DNA from: a virus | Taxonomy: Duplodnaviria > Caudoviricetes | Virus record (IMG/VR): IMGVR_UViG_3300027833_002080 | Coordinates: 1,082-65,081 of that record | Length of the DNA: 64,000 nucleotides | Strand: one strand, 5' to 3' | In this document: positions 53,901 to 62,800 of the stretch, piece by piece | How the letters are laid out: each line of letters opens with the position of its first letter | How positions within the stretch are numbered: the first letter of the stretch is position 1 | Made by a program: the position numbers and the translations under genes | The notes under the pieces: generated by a model | The model's input: only the letters and a program-made list of their open reading frames with translations | The model's database searches: none | Told to the model about the DNA's origin: nothing

Positions 53901-54000
53901 AGACAAATGGATAGGAATACGTTTAATTTGTCTGAATTCACGTAATAATTTAGTAAATTTGTACACCAGCTCTGTAGAAGCTAGAAAATATCATCGATAA
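47980..54000 (+). CDS. Tail stabilisation / muzzle protein
   Basis: 2006 aa; N-terminal KGLFKD...RYALNA, GYMRDETYA, VRHHHFP, FGGDTFI, YGGTQSQ, WVSFHSYIP. Confidence 0.85.
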   Translation: MTEKRFLKGLFKDTGHLDQPEGTWRYALNAVLNTQKGAISNEAGAEHITKIDPNFKAIGAIEISDGRVVLFLKNLTDKQAMIVLLNNNIVTILFQPPLLFDLNFNTSYPIEGTFKIDSKGDLVVYWVDALNPPRAFNVTRQQRALNDGSNFTRLYGLNASSFQNSFDITSHLDILNLFPSSGPVPKISISTDPLDPTIKEGGGLLTGVYYLALAYVDEDLVATNYLSISDPISIVEEFEFTKPTTKVDGAKAGSQTSKSITWSINNLNPDYKYIRPIVIRKLDTAVDAFRLNDVANIPYTTVVTSKKITFSGVEGVASAAVADVIIDTIGYESAKTINQLDNVLYLGNVTSNKDVGFQKYANAIQVESTVKPITYFDPFYASQDNLETGFATSAVDGGYTIDSTKSYRNHILNSQHRGYMRDETYALYVAFVLKDGSMSYAYHIPGRENLYVSEKTPLSDGGDLNELHMAALGPHSKQFHLTDSSSPSSLVDNFFENRLSSPRQQMNYWENSTELYPDTGNYDIFHIKSNGTSADGTEISPSIAANKTLKNQNVRHHHFPSNDNYFRRSINAGHVGSSSVATVSTSSYANNVDWSGTVKFYRSDSNTSSYGNVAGAANIAAIHNQTKYTGDQMSDALSPQWSPPLLFQSAGLSNMTNANLVGEDFYREESTAITNANNAGTVTINNGLYNGGTGVFVADQAMTISNMKFKVWWFRDEANFDTMKARVVIETANNERYYTIPDGDVTNGDWGVSGYNTNLGVNHWDYNYKDNLNEMYPEATTAHGTVSGLPVPITLGIGDKMWVEGRAFIGHDPDKGIRQAGTTESDGPQQPSGSDNYWQFDIDTTPTSGYTTTGYDSVVSHNVNALGFHLNNFKIPKSIADKVQGFRVYRAKRGHANKTILGQDILLPMSEQTTAIGACSEASAGADSILESLSGQPELFHKKEPWPGPASNYPEGYNHFSFHDFNLLRTKNSLAGATHIKPIYMVNNLVWNGPTLKQDKKSLTTIVNYDPLTANEVKEHWGYDTEFNCYAEDINSAIFIGLDYVFNVQPNYGEADVPAYRFARMLNQKAKTYLRGDSIFDATALGFGGKVVNNFGESAIVLSTKQYMGALKCEPDGTAADESDFFGKAPLDAPPWLVNQPLISSTQTADVTATIANTRYLNYMVNLHAYKTDVYKSIDSQELVWTGYEVLGKDLENFIFNDDSTSDKYLNHIKTGSEFSSSGYNKDTIYTTKKDATLIGDNATGYYTNGIFGGDTFICRYGFASAITPIDNASTSNPKRAIYYNIVESPDNINFRHAEDNDSMYFPHSPAKNVLKNVGDRDLTHQDNVRYNDNYSSDSDIRTAFPLPLRDTTHTSFPTRTHRSTTADNTSIIDNYRIFLANQYKDLPKNRGDLWKLSSFNNLLYFHMENSLFATKGKQTMEMKDGTEAFVGSGDIFVQPPDEILQTTLGYGGTQSQWAALTTRYGYFFVNKKDRKVFLMAQALTDISALGMENWFKANLKFELESYGLPETMDNPIIGIGLHSVWDPEQKRIVLTKRDKRPTREFIHRYGPGTNPTIQFNNTAMQYELVNSVTTTTSTGEAGATPTDNWNLFIEQWEAGNAYLLQSYESFQEFGPSEIPNVLPANASGQYSLPVGALVLLDTYNPFGGLTTTEYLYTLPTTPIVYWPDEGGANALVINTVSNMPAQFTNAAGVVVFYENPQTYVSTLETTSNTNVTTALIDYNNPNYFTNSGWSISFNPEINAWVSFHSYIPYLYFNALGSFMALSDTASTIQTNDAGAKLLELDSVIWSHRGTNNFTYGQYYQNYVDAGVDLVEGDFGTGFPEYFDTNPFIIDFVHNENKVMAALYSSIAYTVDVVNASQSNLSEGGFDQFYVYNTNQLSGLQDLKYLANTRKVGTNWKINSFRDMSKLLKLEIQDPENYWLHGEDTFLGFPLSEHTTTTANNMFVIDGMNEIINNSYIDEEKIWSSRKKFVDKWIGIRLICLNSRNNLVNLYTSSVEARKYHR
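53954..53961 (+). promoter_or_regulatory. Candidate -7 element TAAATTTG for the cargo-protein operon
   Basis: TAnnTTTG match 39 nt upstream of the ATG at 54000. Confidence 0.45.
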
Positions 54001-54923
54001 TGTCAAAATATAAAATAAATAAAAAACGAAAACGATATTTACCGGGAGGTATGTACGACTCTAACACAATACCTGCAGGGATAGGTCAAAACTCTACAAG
54101 TAATATTGTGTACGAAGAAACTAACCCTGAAGCTCAAGCTAATGCTTCTGCTGCTTTTACTTCTAGTGTAGATAAGATTCAACAAGATAGCACAAACTTA
54201 GCTTCGGAGATTGAGCGTGATACGCAAAACAATGAAATGGAGCTTCAAGCAAATGCTAATAATTTAAAAAATAGATTTGGTACTGGAGAGCAAGTTTTAT
54301 CTAAAGGTTTACAGCTTGGAGCTAAAGAGTTAGGGTTTACTGCCGGAAAAAACATGTTATCTGAAGGAACTAAATTTGCTAGTAGTAAGCTAGGAACTAA
54401 ATTCTTAGGTACTAAGTTTGCTCAAAAACAAATAGCAAAACAAGCTGCTAAACAAGGGGCAAAACAACTTGGTAAAGCAGCTGCTACAGCTTCTAAGATA
54501 AATCCTTGGGGAATAGGAGCTTTAGCAGGAAAAGGAGTATCTATGTTATCTGATGACAAAGATGCAACTAAATGGAATGCAGGTGAAGTTATAGGCGATG
54601 TAGGAGGTTCTGCCTCTTCAGGGGCGATGATTGGATCTATGCTGTTACCTGGTATTGGAACTGCAATTGGAGGTATTGCAGGCGGTTTGTACGGGCTAGG
54701 TAAAGGACTATTCCAAAGACGTAAGGCTCGTAGAGAAAAGAGTGCAAACGAAGCAGAAACATTAAATAAAACAATAAAAGGTAATAAGGAGCAAGAAAAT
54801 AATTTTGCACAAAGCCTTACAAAAAAATTACAAGCTGAGGCATATGGTAAAACATACGCTGGATTTGACTTTGGAAACAACATGGGAACTAAACGTTACG
54901 GCGGGTTAAAATATAAAAAATAA
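54000..54923 (+). CDS. Internal cargo / ejection protein with glycine-zipper hydrophobic helices
   Basis: GAMIGSMLLPGIGTAIGGIAGGLYGLG; YLPGG and RYGG motifs near the termini. Confidence 0.7.
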   Translation: MSKYKINKKRKRYLPGGMYDSNTIPAGIGQNSTSNIVYEETNPEAQANASAAFTSSVDKIQQDSTNLASEIERDTQNNEMELQANANNLKNRFGTGEQVLSKGLQLGAKELGFTAGKNMLSEGTKFASSKLGTKFLGTKFAQKQIAKQAAKQGAKQLGKAAATASKINPWGIGALAGKGVSMLSDDKDATKWNAGEVIGDVGGSASSGAMIGSMLLPGIGTAIGGIAGGLYGLGKGLFQRRKARREKSANEAETLNKTIKGNKEQENNFAQSLTKKLQAEAYGKTYAGFDFGNNMGTKRYGGLKYKK

Positions 54924-57532
54924 TGGCTAATAATAAAAATAAGAAGAATAAAAAGAAATATACAGGCCCAGAGCTAATTAAAAGCCCTGATGTATATACA
55001 GGAGAGCAGTATTCTAACATGATGGACGAAATTACTTTAACTGATAAAGGCCCTAAATATGGTGGTTATGAGACATTTAAATTTCAATCAGATGATCCAG
55101 ATGCGCCAAATTATGTGGATACAACACCTATGGGTGGAATAGCTCCAATGCCTAGTGGTAGCCTTAAAGGGTTAGTTAGTATGGTAAAAAATATTCCTCA
55201 GCTTATTAAAAATGTACCTAAGTATGCAAAACAATTAAAAAGTTTAAGAGGAGTTGTAAATCCAGCTAAATTTGCAGCAGATGGTTCTAGAATAGATCCT
55301 TCTAAACTAACTAAGGCTGTTAAAAGTATTACTAAAACAGGAAAATCTAAAGTAAAACCTAATATAACACAGGCAGCAGATGACGCTACAAAAGTAGAAA
55401 CTCTTAAAAACTTTGCTAGAAATACAGGAGAAAGATTTAAAGCAGGTGTACAAAATGCAGAGTTACCTAAAGCTATAACTAAGCCGATTGCAAATCTAAG
55501 AACTAAAGTAACTCCTAACGTAAAAGATTTACCACAAACTATAAAAGGTAAAGGAGATGCAGCGCAGTCTATTCCTAACTGGAGAACTAAAGAGGTTAAA
55601 GAAGCTATAAAAAGCGGTAAAATACGTAAATTAAAAGACGGTACTTATGAAGGTGTAACTCCAGAGTGGGTTAACAAGGTTGAAGAGTATGGACCAAGTG
55701 TATTAAAAGCTTTAATAGGAGGAGGCGTGATTACAGGAGCAGCTCAAGCATTTTTTAATTCAGGTGATGAAAAAAAGAAAGAGTATGGAGGAATGTACTC
55801 TAAAGCTAAGCAGTATATGCAAGGTGGTATGCAACAACTTCCAGGAGGCGTTATGCAACCAATTGGCGGAGGAGCTGTAGAGTTTGTAGGTAATGAGCAT
55901 GATGAATCAGGTATGGGATCAGAAAGCGGTATTTTACTAGATGAGCAAACTGAAGTAGAGAACGGAGAAACAATGACTCAAGTTGCAGCTCAAGGCGGAA
56001 TGAAAGATTATTTCTTTTCTAATAAGCTAAAAGCTGGGGGGATGACTTTTGCTGACAAGCATAAAGAAATGTTAAATAATGGTGCCGGGCAAGAGCAAGT
56101 TAATTATTTAGCTAAAATGCAAGAGGCTGTAGCAGGGCGTAACCCAGGAGACATCAAGGCAGCGTATGGAGGAATGCGCAAATATGAAGATGCGGGTTTT
56201 AAAGACTTTTCATCTGAAGAAGATGATCCAAATTATAACCCAGAAGAAGCAAACATGCCAGCAGTAGATCTTGTTGAAAAAATGCCGCGTCTTAAAATGT
56301 ATACTGATACTTACGAGACGGTAGACAAGGCAGCGCAAGAATCTGGATTTAGTATGGGAGATCGAGCTAAAGATAGAGGAAAAGAAGGGATAGCTAGAAT
56401 GCAAGCTGAAGGTGAGGAAGGCGTTTTTGGTGACGGAAACTTTAATTCAGAAGAAGCTAGAGAAGATTTTTATAAAAGAAATAAAACTATATTAAATGAA
56501 ATGGGAGTAAATTCACCACAAGAATTTAATCCAAAAGAAATGACTGGGGAGTTCCAAGCTAATTTTAATAAAAAGTTAAATGCAAGATGGGATAATGACG
56601 AAAGCTTTAGAACTTCTATGGAAGGTAAAGGGGTCACAAAAGATCAATATCTATCAACTGGGTTCTCAGGAGAAAAAGGTATAGGCGCTTTAGATGGAGA
56701 CTACGGCGAGTATTCTTTTAGTAGAACGTCTGAGTTTGGAGATCCTGCTACACCAGGTAAAGAAAAGTTTGTAAAATCAGATCTAGATTTTAGTGAAGAA
56801 TATGAGCAATCTTTAAAAGAAGATGAAGGGGATGATGTAAAAGAAGAAACAAAAAAAGATAATACTGCTACTTATCTTGCAGCACTATCAGGAATTCCTG
56901 CAGCAATGGCGTTTGCGGACACTCCTGATACAATGAAAAATCCAGATATAGTAAATCCTGGAATTGTAATGGCTGAACGTCAAGGCAGAGAAAACTTAGA
57001 TCGAGTAGATTACACAAATCTGTTAAGCTCTAACACTCAAGATAATCAAGCTTTAATGCAGGGCATTGATAATCAAGGAGGAGGTAGTACAGGACTAGTA
57101 AATAAGATGGCAGCATTAGCTAATAAACGTAAAGCGGATTTAGCAATTAAAGGAAAAGAATCAGAAGTTAATACGACTATAGGAAATCAAGAAACACAAA
57201 TGAACGCTCAAATTGAATCAGGTAATGTTTCAAGAGCTTTAAATGCAAGTACGGCAAATGCAGGTAATATTTTAAATGCTTCAAATGCTAACGCTGCTAA
57301 TAAAATGAGAGTAGATGACTTTAATGCGGCCGCAAAAGCTGCAACAAAAGACAGAAAATTAGGGGCTGCGCAATACACAGTAGAGGCTTTACAGCAACTT
57401 CATAGAGATAAACTGGCATATAAAGCTAGTAGCGGAGTGACTGCTGCATTATCTGGTGAGACAGGCATTGACAAGCGTAAAGATATGGAAGCGCTTTACA
57501 AGCAGTATGGCGTAGATTATAACAAATCTTAA
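54923..57532 (+). CDS. Internal cargo / ejection protein
   Basis: GNEHDESG...EVENGE motif, several xxGG motifs, N/Q/A-rich helical C-terminus. Confidence 0.7.
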   Translation: MANNKNKKNKKKYTGPELIKSPDVYTGEQYSNMMDEITLTDKGPKYGGYETFKFQSDDPDAPNYVDTTPMGGIAPMPSGSLKGLVSMVKNIPQLIKNVPKYAKQLKSLRGVVNPAKFAADGSRIDPSKLTKAVKSITKTGKSKVKPNITQAADDATKVETLKNFARNTGERFKAGVQNAELPKAITKPIANLRTKVTPNVKDLPQTIKGKGDAAQSIPNWRTKEVKEAIKSGKIRKLKDGTYEGVTPEWVNKVEEYGPSVLKALIGGGVITGAAQAFFNSGDEKKKEYGGMYSKAKQYMQGGMQQLPGGVMQPIGGGAVEFVGNEHDESGMGSESGILLDEQTEVENGETMTQVAAQGGMKDYFFSNKLKAGGMTFADKHKEMLNNGAGQEQVNYLAKMQEAVAGRNPGDIKAAYGGMRKYEDAGFKDFSSEEDDPNYNPEEANMPAVDLVEKMPRLKMYTDTYETVDKAAQESGFSMGDRAKDRGKEGIARMQAEGEEGVFGDGNFNSEEAREDFYKRNKTILNEMGVNSPQEFNPKEMTGEFQANFNKKLNARWDNDESFRTSMEGKGVTKDQYLSTGFSGEKGIGALDGDYGEYSFSRTSEFGDPATPGKEKFVKSDLDFSEEYEQSLKEDEGDDVKEETKKDNTATYLAALSGIPAAMAFADTPDTMKNPDIVNPGIVMAERQGRENLDRVDYTNLLSSNTQDNQALMQGIDNQGGGSTGLVNKMAALANKRKADLAIKGKESEVNTTIGNQETQMNAQIESGNVSRALNASTANAGNILNASNANAANKMRVDDFNAAAKAATKDRKLGAAQYTVEALQQLHRDKLAYKASSGVTAALSGETGIDKRKDMEALYKQYGVDYNKS

Positions 57533-57541
57533 ATAAACAAC

Positions 57542-59821
57542 ATGGCTAATAAGTATAGTAAGTACCAGTTAAAACCTTTTGCTAGTCAGTATGTTGATCC
57601 GCAAGGCGATAAAATTATGGAAATCTATCGTAAAAGGTATGACCAAAATAAACAGAAAAAAAATCAACTAGATCAATTATACGCAAATATAAATAGTGTA
57701 TCTACTGCAGACGAAGGAATTTTAAATCAAGCTAAAGAACAAACTAAACAATCTTTACAAAGTATAGTACAATCAGGAGCTTACGAAGACGCTGGTATAG
57801 CTTTAGATGACGCAGTACAGGATTTTGCTACTAACAAAGGTTTAAGAGCTGTTTCAAAGTCTTACCAAGTTAGAGAAAAAGAAAAAGAGTGGCAAGCAAA
57901 GGCTACAGCTGAAGGAAAAAAAGTGCTAGATTTTGGTAGAGACGCTACAAAAAATCATTCTTCTTGGACGTTAGATCCAGAAACAGGAGAGTACAAAGAA
58001 AATATATACACACCTAAAAGCGAAATGCAGCATGATTATAATGCTGCGATAAAAAGTTATATGCCTACTATAAAGGCAGATGCGTCTGGTATTTCTCAAG
58101 GACGTATGAATCAGCTAGCAACTCGTATTATGGGAGGGTACCTTCAAAGCCCTGAAGGAGACCAGCATTTAAGAAATCTTATGCAATTGCAGTATGATCA
58201 AAATCTTCCTGAAGAGCAAAGACAACAGATGGCTATGGATAGCATCTTTAAAGCGGTTAGGCTTCACACAGATGAGCAAGTACATAGTAAAGCTGCTAGT
58301 AGTGAAAGTCAAGAATTAAATGCTAGACAAAATGCTGTTGTTAATAGTATTATGGGTGGAAGCCATACTTCAGTAAATTCAGGATACACGGCAGCAGATA
58401 TTACAGATTTAGAAGATAGATCTGCTCTTGATGGAACTAACTTGTATTTTGCTGATAAAATAATCGAAGCTGAAAGTAACGGTAAAACTAAACTTGCGCA
58501 AGATTATAGAAATATATTAGACAATTTAGGAAACGTAATGCTAAATGAGGGAACGTTTAATGAAGAAGAAGCGGCTCTTTATAAAAAATACGAATCTGAC
58601 TTATGGAAAGATTCTAAAGATGTTGAGAAGTTTGGTACTATGATTAAGTATATGACTGAAGATCAATGGACTCCAGACTTTAGTATGCAAGGAGGTATCA
58701 TGGGCGATTGGATGTCTAGATCAGGTATGGCTTTTGGTGCAGCCGGAGCAGTTAGTGCAGCAGCAGCTGTAACTGGTGTTGGAGCAGTAGTGGCGCCTTT
58801 TGCTTTTATGGGAGCAGGAGCTTACGCAGCGGGAGATTTAGCTGTCAGTTTAGCTTCATATGCTTTCGATGGTTTTGGAAATGTCAGAGATGTTATGAGA
58901 CCGGAAACTCCGGGGATAGCTCGAGGATTAGGATTTGTAGATTCTGAGCAGACACAATTAATGCAAAACGTTGAAAATTTAGATAGAGTAAATAATATAT
59001 TAGGTACAGAATTTACTGATAAAGATTTACCAATGCTAAAAACTAAAGCATTAGAATATTTTAAATATAAAACAGAAGGAGAGGACGGTATCACCGGAGA
59101 TCAAATTGCTGAAAAAACTCATAGTTATGAGGGATCTGTATTTGAAGGTGAAGTGTGGAAACCATCTACAACTGAAGAAGGTAAAAAAGCTACTACAGCA
59201 ATAACTTCTGCATTAAAAGGATACAACGTAAATGACTTTAGATTTGTTGGTGTAGATGAAGGTAGCGATATACAAAAAGAAATAGCTGAAGGAAAAATAG
59301 ATGGCTTAGTTTATCAAGGAGCTATTGGTGGTGATATAATGGGAGACATTCCTGCGCGTCTTATGTTTAAAACTCAAAGCGGTAACTTAGTGATAGCGGA
59401 AGCTAAAACGGGAGCGCAAAATGGTACTAGAAGTACTGTTGGAGATATTTTAGCAGCTGCAGGAAAATTAAACTTTTTAGTAGGTGACATGGCAAGGCAA
59501 GAAATTAACCAAATAAGAGACTCTGAAAATAGAGATGTAAATTTAGTTGATCTTAATAATTCTATTTATAGAGCTACTCAGCAAATTGGGGGTGAACAAG
59601 GTTTATCTCAGCAAGCACAGTTTATTACATATCAAGAAACTTTTAAGCAATACTTAATGAAAGTTCCGCAAGCTATGTCTAGAATAAGCGCAGCAATGAA
59701 ACCTTTTGAAGGCCTACAACAAACAAATCCAGAAGCGTACGAGAATGAGTTAAATAGGTTTATCTTTGAAGGAGATGAAAATCAACCGCCTTTAATTAAA
59801 TTACCATTAAAACTTAAATAA
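57542..59821 (+). CDS. Internal cargo / ejection protein with hydrophobic hairpin
   Basis: Helical 759 aa with GMAFGAAGAVSAAAAVTGVGAVVAPFAFMGAGAY. Confidence 0.7.
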   Translation: MANKYSKYQLKPFASQYVDPQGDKIMEIYRKRYDQNKQKKNQLDQLYANINSVSTADEGILNQAKEQTKQSLQSIVQSGAYEDAGIALDDAVQDFATNKGLRAVSKSYQVREKEKEWQAKATAEGKKVLDFGRDATKNHSSWTLDPETGEYKENIYTPKSEMQHDYNAAIKSYMPTIKADASGISQGRMNQLATRIMGGYLQSPEGDQHLRNLMQLQYDQNLPEEQRQQMAMDSIFKAVRLHTDEQVHSKAASSESQELNARQNAVVNSIMGGSHTSVNSGYTAADITDLEDRSALDGTNLYFADKIIEAESNGKTKLAQDYRNILDNLGNVMLNEGTFNEEEAALYKKYESDLWKDSKDVEKFGTMIKYMTEDQWTPDFSMQGGIMGDWMSRSGMAFGAAGAVSAAAAVTGVGAVVAPFAFMGAGAYAAGDLAVSLASYAFDGFGNVRDVMRPETPGIARGLGFVDSEQTQLMQNVENLDRVNNILGTEFTDKDLPMLKTKALEYFKYKTEGEDGITGDQIAEKTHSYEGSVFEGEVWKPSTTEEGKKATTAITSALKGYNVNDFRFVGVDEGSDIQKEIAEGKIDGLVYQGAIGGDIMGDIPARLMFKTQSGNLVIAEAKTGAQNGTRSTVGDILAAAGKLNFLVGDMARQEINQIRDSENRDVNLVDLNNSIYRATQQIGGEQGLSQQAQFITYQETFKQYLMKVPQAMSRISAAMKPFEGLQQTNPEAYENELNRFIFEGDENQPPLIKLPLKLK

Positions 59822-62800
59822 TGGAACAAGACTACAGTAAGTACTTAGTAAAGCCAGAAGACGTAGCAACAGTTGATGAAAACAATTTAACTACTTCAGA
59901 TACTATTACAGCTGAAAAAAAAGCAGCTGAAATGACTCCAACTCAAATAAGAGCAGCAAGAGCTACTCAAGGTGATATATTAAAAGTTGATTGGGATGGA
60001 GCTGCAGACGTACCGCCAGGTATGGAGAGTATGTATGGCCGTACATTGCATAACACTAATTATAATGATTATGCTAAATACATAGATAAACCATTCTCTT
60101 TTATATCTGATGATGCCGATGACTTACGAGCGCATGGGCAAGCTTCAGCAGATAAGTGGGCTAATGGTATGCTTAAGTTTGCAGGTAAAACTGGTACTAA
60201 CATTTTAGGATCTACTGTAGGGTTAGTTTATGGAGCTGGTGCATTTGGTATGGGGTTATTCCAAGAAGGAAGTGCTACTAAAAAGTTCTTTGATAATGAT
60301 TTTCAAAGAGGGTTAGACGGTATTAACGAATACATGGATGGAGCTCTTCCTAACTATTATACTAAGAATGAGCAAGATTACAACTTACTGCAAAGTATGG
60401 GTACGGCTAATTTTTGGGCTAATGACTTTACTCAAGGGTTATCGTTTATTGCAGGTGCAGTATTAGCAGAAGGATTAACATCTGGTATGGCTTCAAGTGC
60501 GGTAGCGGCTAAAGCTACTAAAATATTGCAAGGTGCAAGTGGTGCTAAAACTGCGGGACGTATGGCAAAAGCCGCAGATACAGCAGCAGATACAGTAAAA
60601 GCTGCTGATGCTCTAATGGATGCTCAACGTTTAAAAAACGGATTAGTTACTATTCGTCAGTTAGGTACAGGTGCTATGTATGAGTCAGGTGTAGAAGCTA
60701 GGCATCATTACGACGAGACATTAAACCATTTAAAAGAGCAATACAAAGAAGAGCACGGAGCGTATCCTCCACCTGAAAAACTAGCAGGATTAGCGGATCT
60801 CGCTACTAAAAGCTCTAATGCAGTGTTTGCAGGAAACTTAGCTTTAGTGGGGTACGGTAACTTTATGATGTTCCCAAAAATATTTGGTAAAGGGTTAAAC
60901 TCAACTAAAGGAGCTCTTGGCAAGACAATAAAGAGTGAATTAAAAGGAAAAGTTCGGACTTATAAAGAGGTATTTAAAGACTTAAGTAAAAGAGAGGCAA
61001 CTGGGAGAGCGGTATGGAAAGCTCTTAAAACTCCATTATACGAAGGGGTAGTAGAAGAAGGTGGACAAAAACTTTTAGATCTTTCAGGGCAGGGCGCAGC
61101 ATATGATTATTACTTAAGTAAACGAGATGCTTCGTCAGTAGGTATGATAAAAGACTTGCTTTTACATACAGAAGACGCTTTTGGTGATGCTTACGGATCT
61201 AAAGAAGGTCAAAAAGAAATAGGTATAGGATTCTTACTTGCCGCAATGGGGCTGCCAGGACGAGCAACGACTACAAGTAAAGATGGTAAAACATCTAAAA
61301 AATTAACTTGGCAAGGTGGTGTTTGGGGTAGCATACAAGATGCAAAAGCTCAACAAGAAGCTATAACTAAATTACGTAAGAGACTAGAAAGTATGCCTAA
61401 CGGTATGCAGGCGTTTTCTCGTAATATGGATACATTAATACGTAATCAGGTAATACAAGATAGTAAAGATTTTAATACTATTATTGATAATCCGTTTGGC
61501 GTGCATAATGCAGAGCATGATGAAATTTTTAATTACGTTTCATCTAGAATTAGAGCTGGATTTGAGTCAGAGCTTTATGATGATATAAAGCATATACGTA
61601 AAATGCCTTTAGAAGAGTTTAGAACTGCTTTCCAATACAATGAAAAAGGAGATCTAACAGACAATCAATTAAAAAAGCGTAGAGAAGATATAGCCAATAA
61701 AATGGAAGAGCGTATTGAATCTATTTCAACTACGTTAACTAAGCTAGATCAATCGTTTGTTAATTTTGGGGAAGACCAAAAAAATGCAATTGCACACGCG
61801 TTGTCTATAGCTGAGAATTCAGATGCTAGAGAAGACTCAATAATATCTGAACTAAGTAAAGTAAAGTTTGATGTAAATATAGAAGTAGAAGAAGATAAAG
61901 CAGCTGTAGATAAAAGAGAGGCAGATGAGTCAAAACTTAGGTTAAAAAATATATGGCAACGGTTATCTCCTAAAAAGAAAAAAGCAGTTTTAGAAGACAA
62001 TGCAGAAGCAGTAGAAAAGGTAAAAAAGACTTTAAACATTAAAGAGCTTACAGACCCTTCTCACATTGAAGAGCTTCATAGAACTTTAGCTGAAGAACAA
62101 AACGAGTTAATCCAACAGATTGAAGAGATTACTGCAGATGAGTCTTTAGGTGAAAAAGAAAAAGAGAAAAAACTTTTAGAGCTTGGGAAAAAACAAGAAG
62201 CTGGTCTACTTAGATCTTCTGAATTACAAAAAGCTATTAATGAAGGCTTAGATCCGTACATCAGTGCTCAAGAACAAAAGATGCTAGATGCTTGGACTAA
62301 AGCTAATCCTTTAGAGTCTGCTAAAAGCTTAGAGGATGTTAAAACTAAACTTAAAGATCTTAGAAAATTAAGAGCTCGTAGACATAGAGCTATTAGCATG
62401 TTTAACGAACTTCAAGGTTTACGAGAAGAAGGCGCTTGGAATCCAAAAGGATGGTGGAAAGTATGGGGAATGGAACAAGGAGAGCTTATTCCGCAACCTG
62501 AACTATTAATGCAGCGTATGCTAGACACTACCTTATATCAAAGTGAGGATAGTGGTAATAAGCAACTAGATAGACTATACTCTAACTTTAAGGGTAAAAT
62601 TGTAGAGTTCCAATATAAAAATGAAAAAGGGGAAACTTCTACAAAACGTTATTATGTAACTCCAGGGCAACTAACTTCTGAAGGAGATAAGTTGCTACAA
62701 CCAATACCTTCATTTGATACTATCGCTTTATTAAAACAAAAGCAAGATCTACAAGAAGAGTTAGAAGGTTTAAAAGCTGAAGAAGCGTTATTAGAGGATG

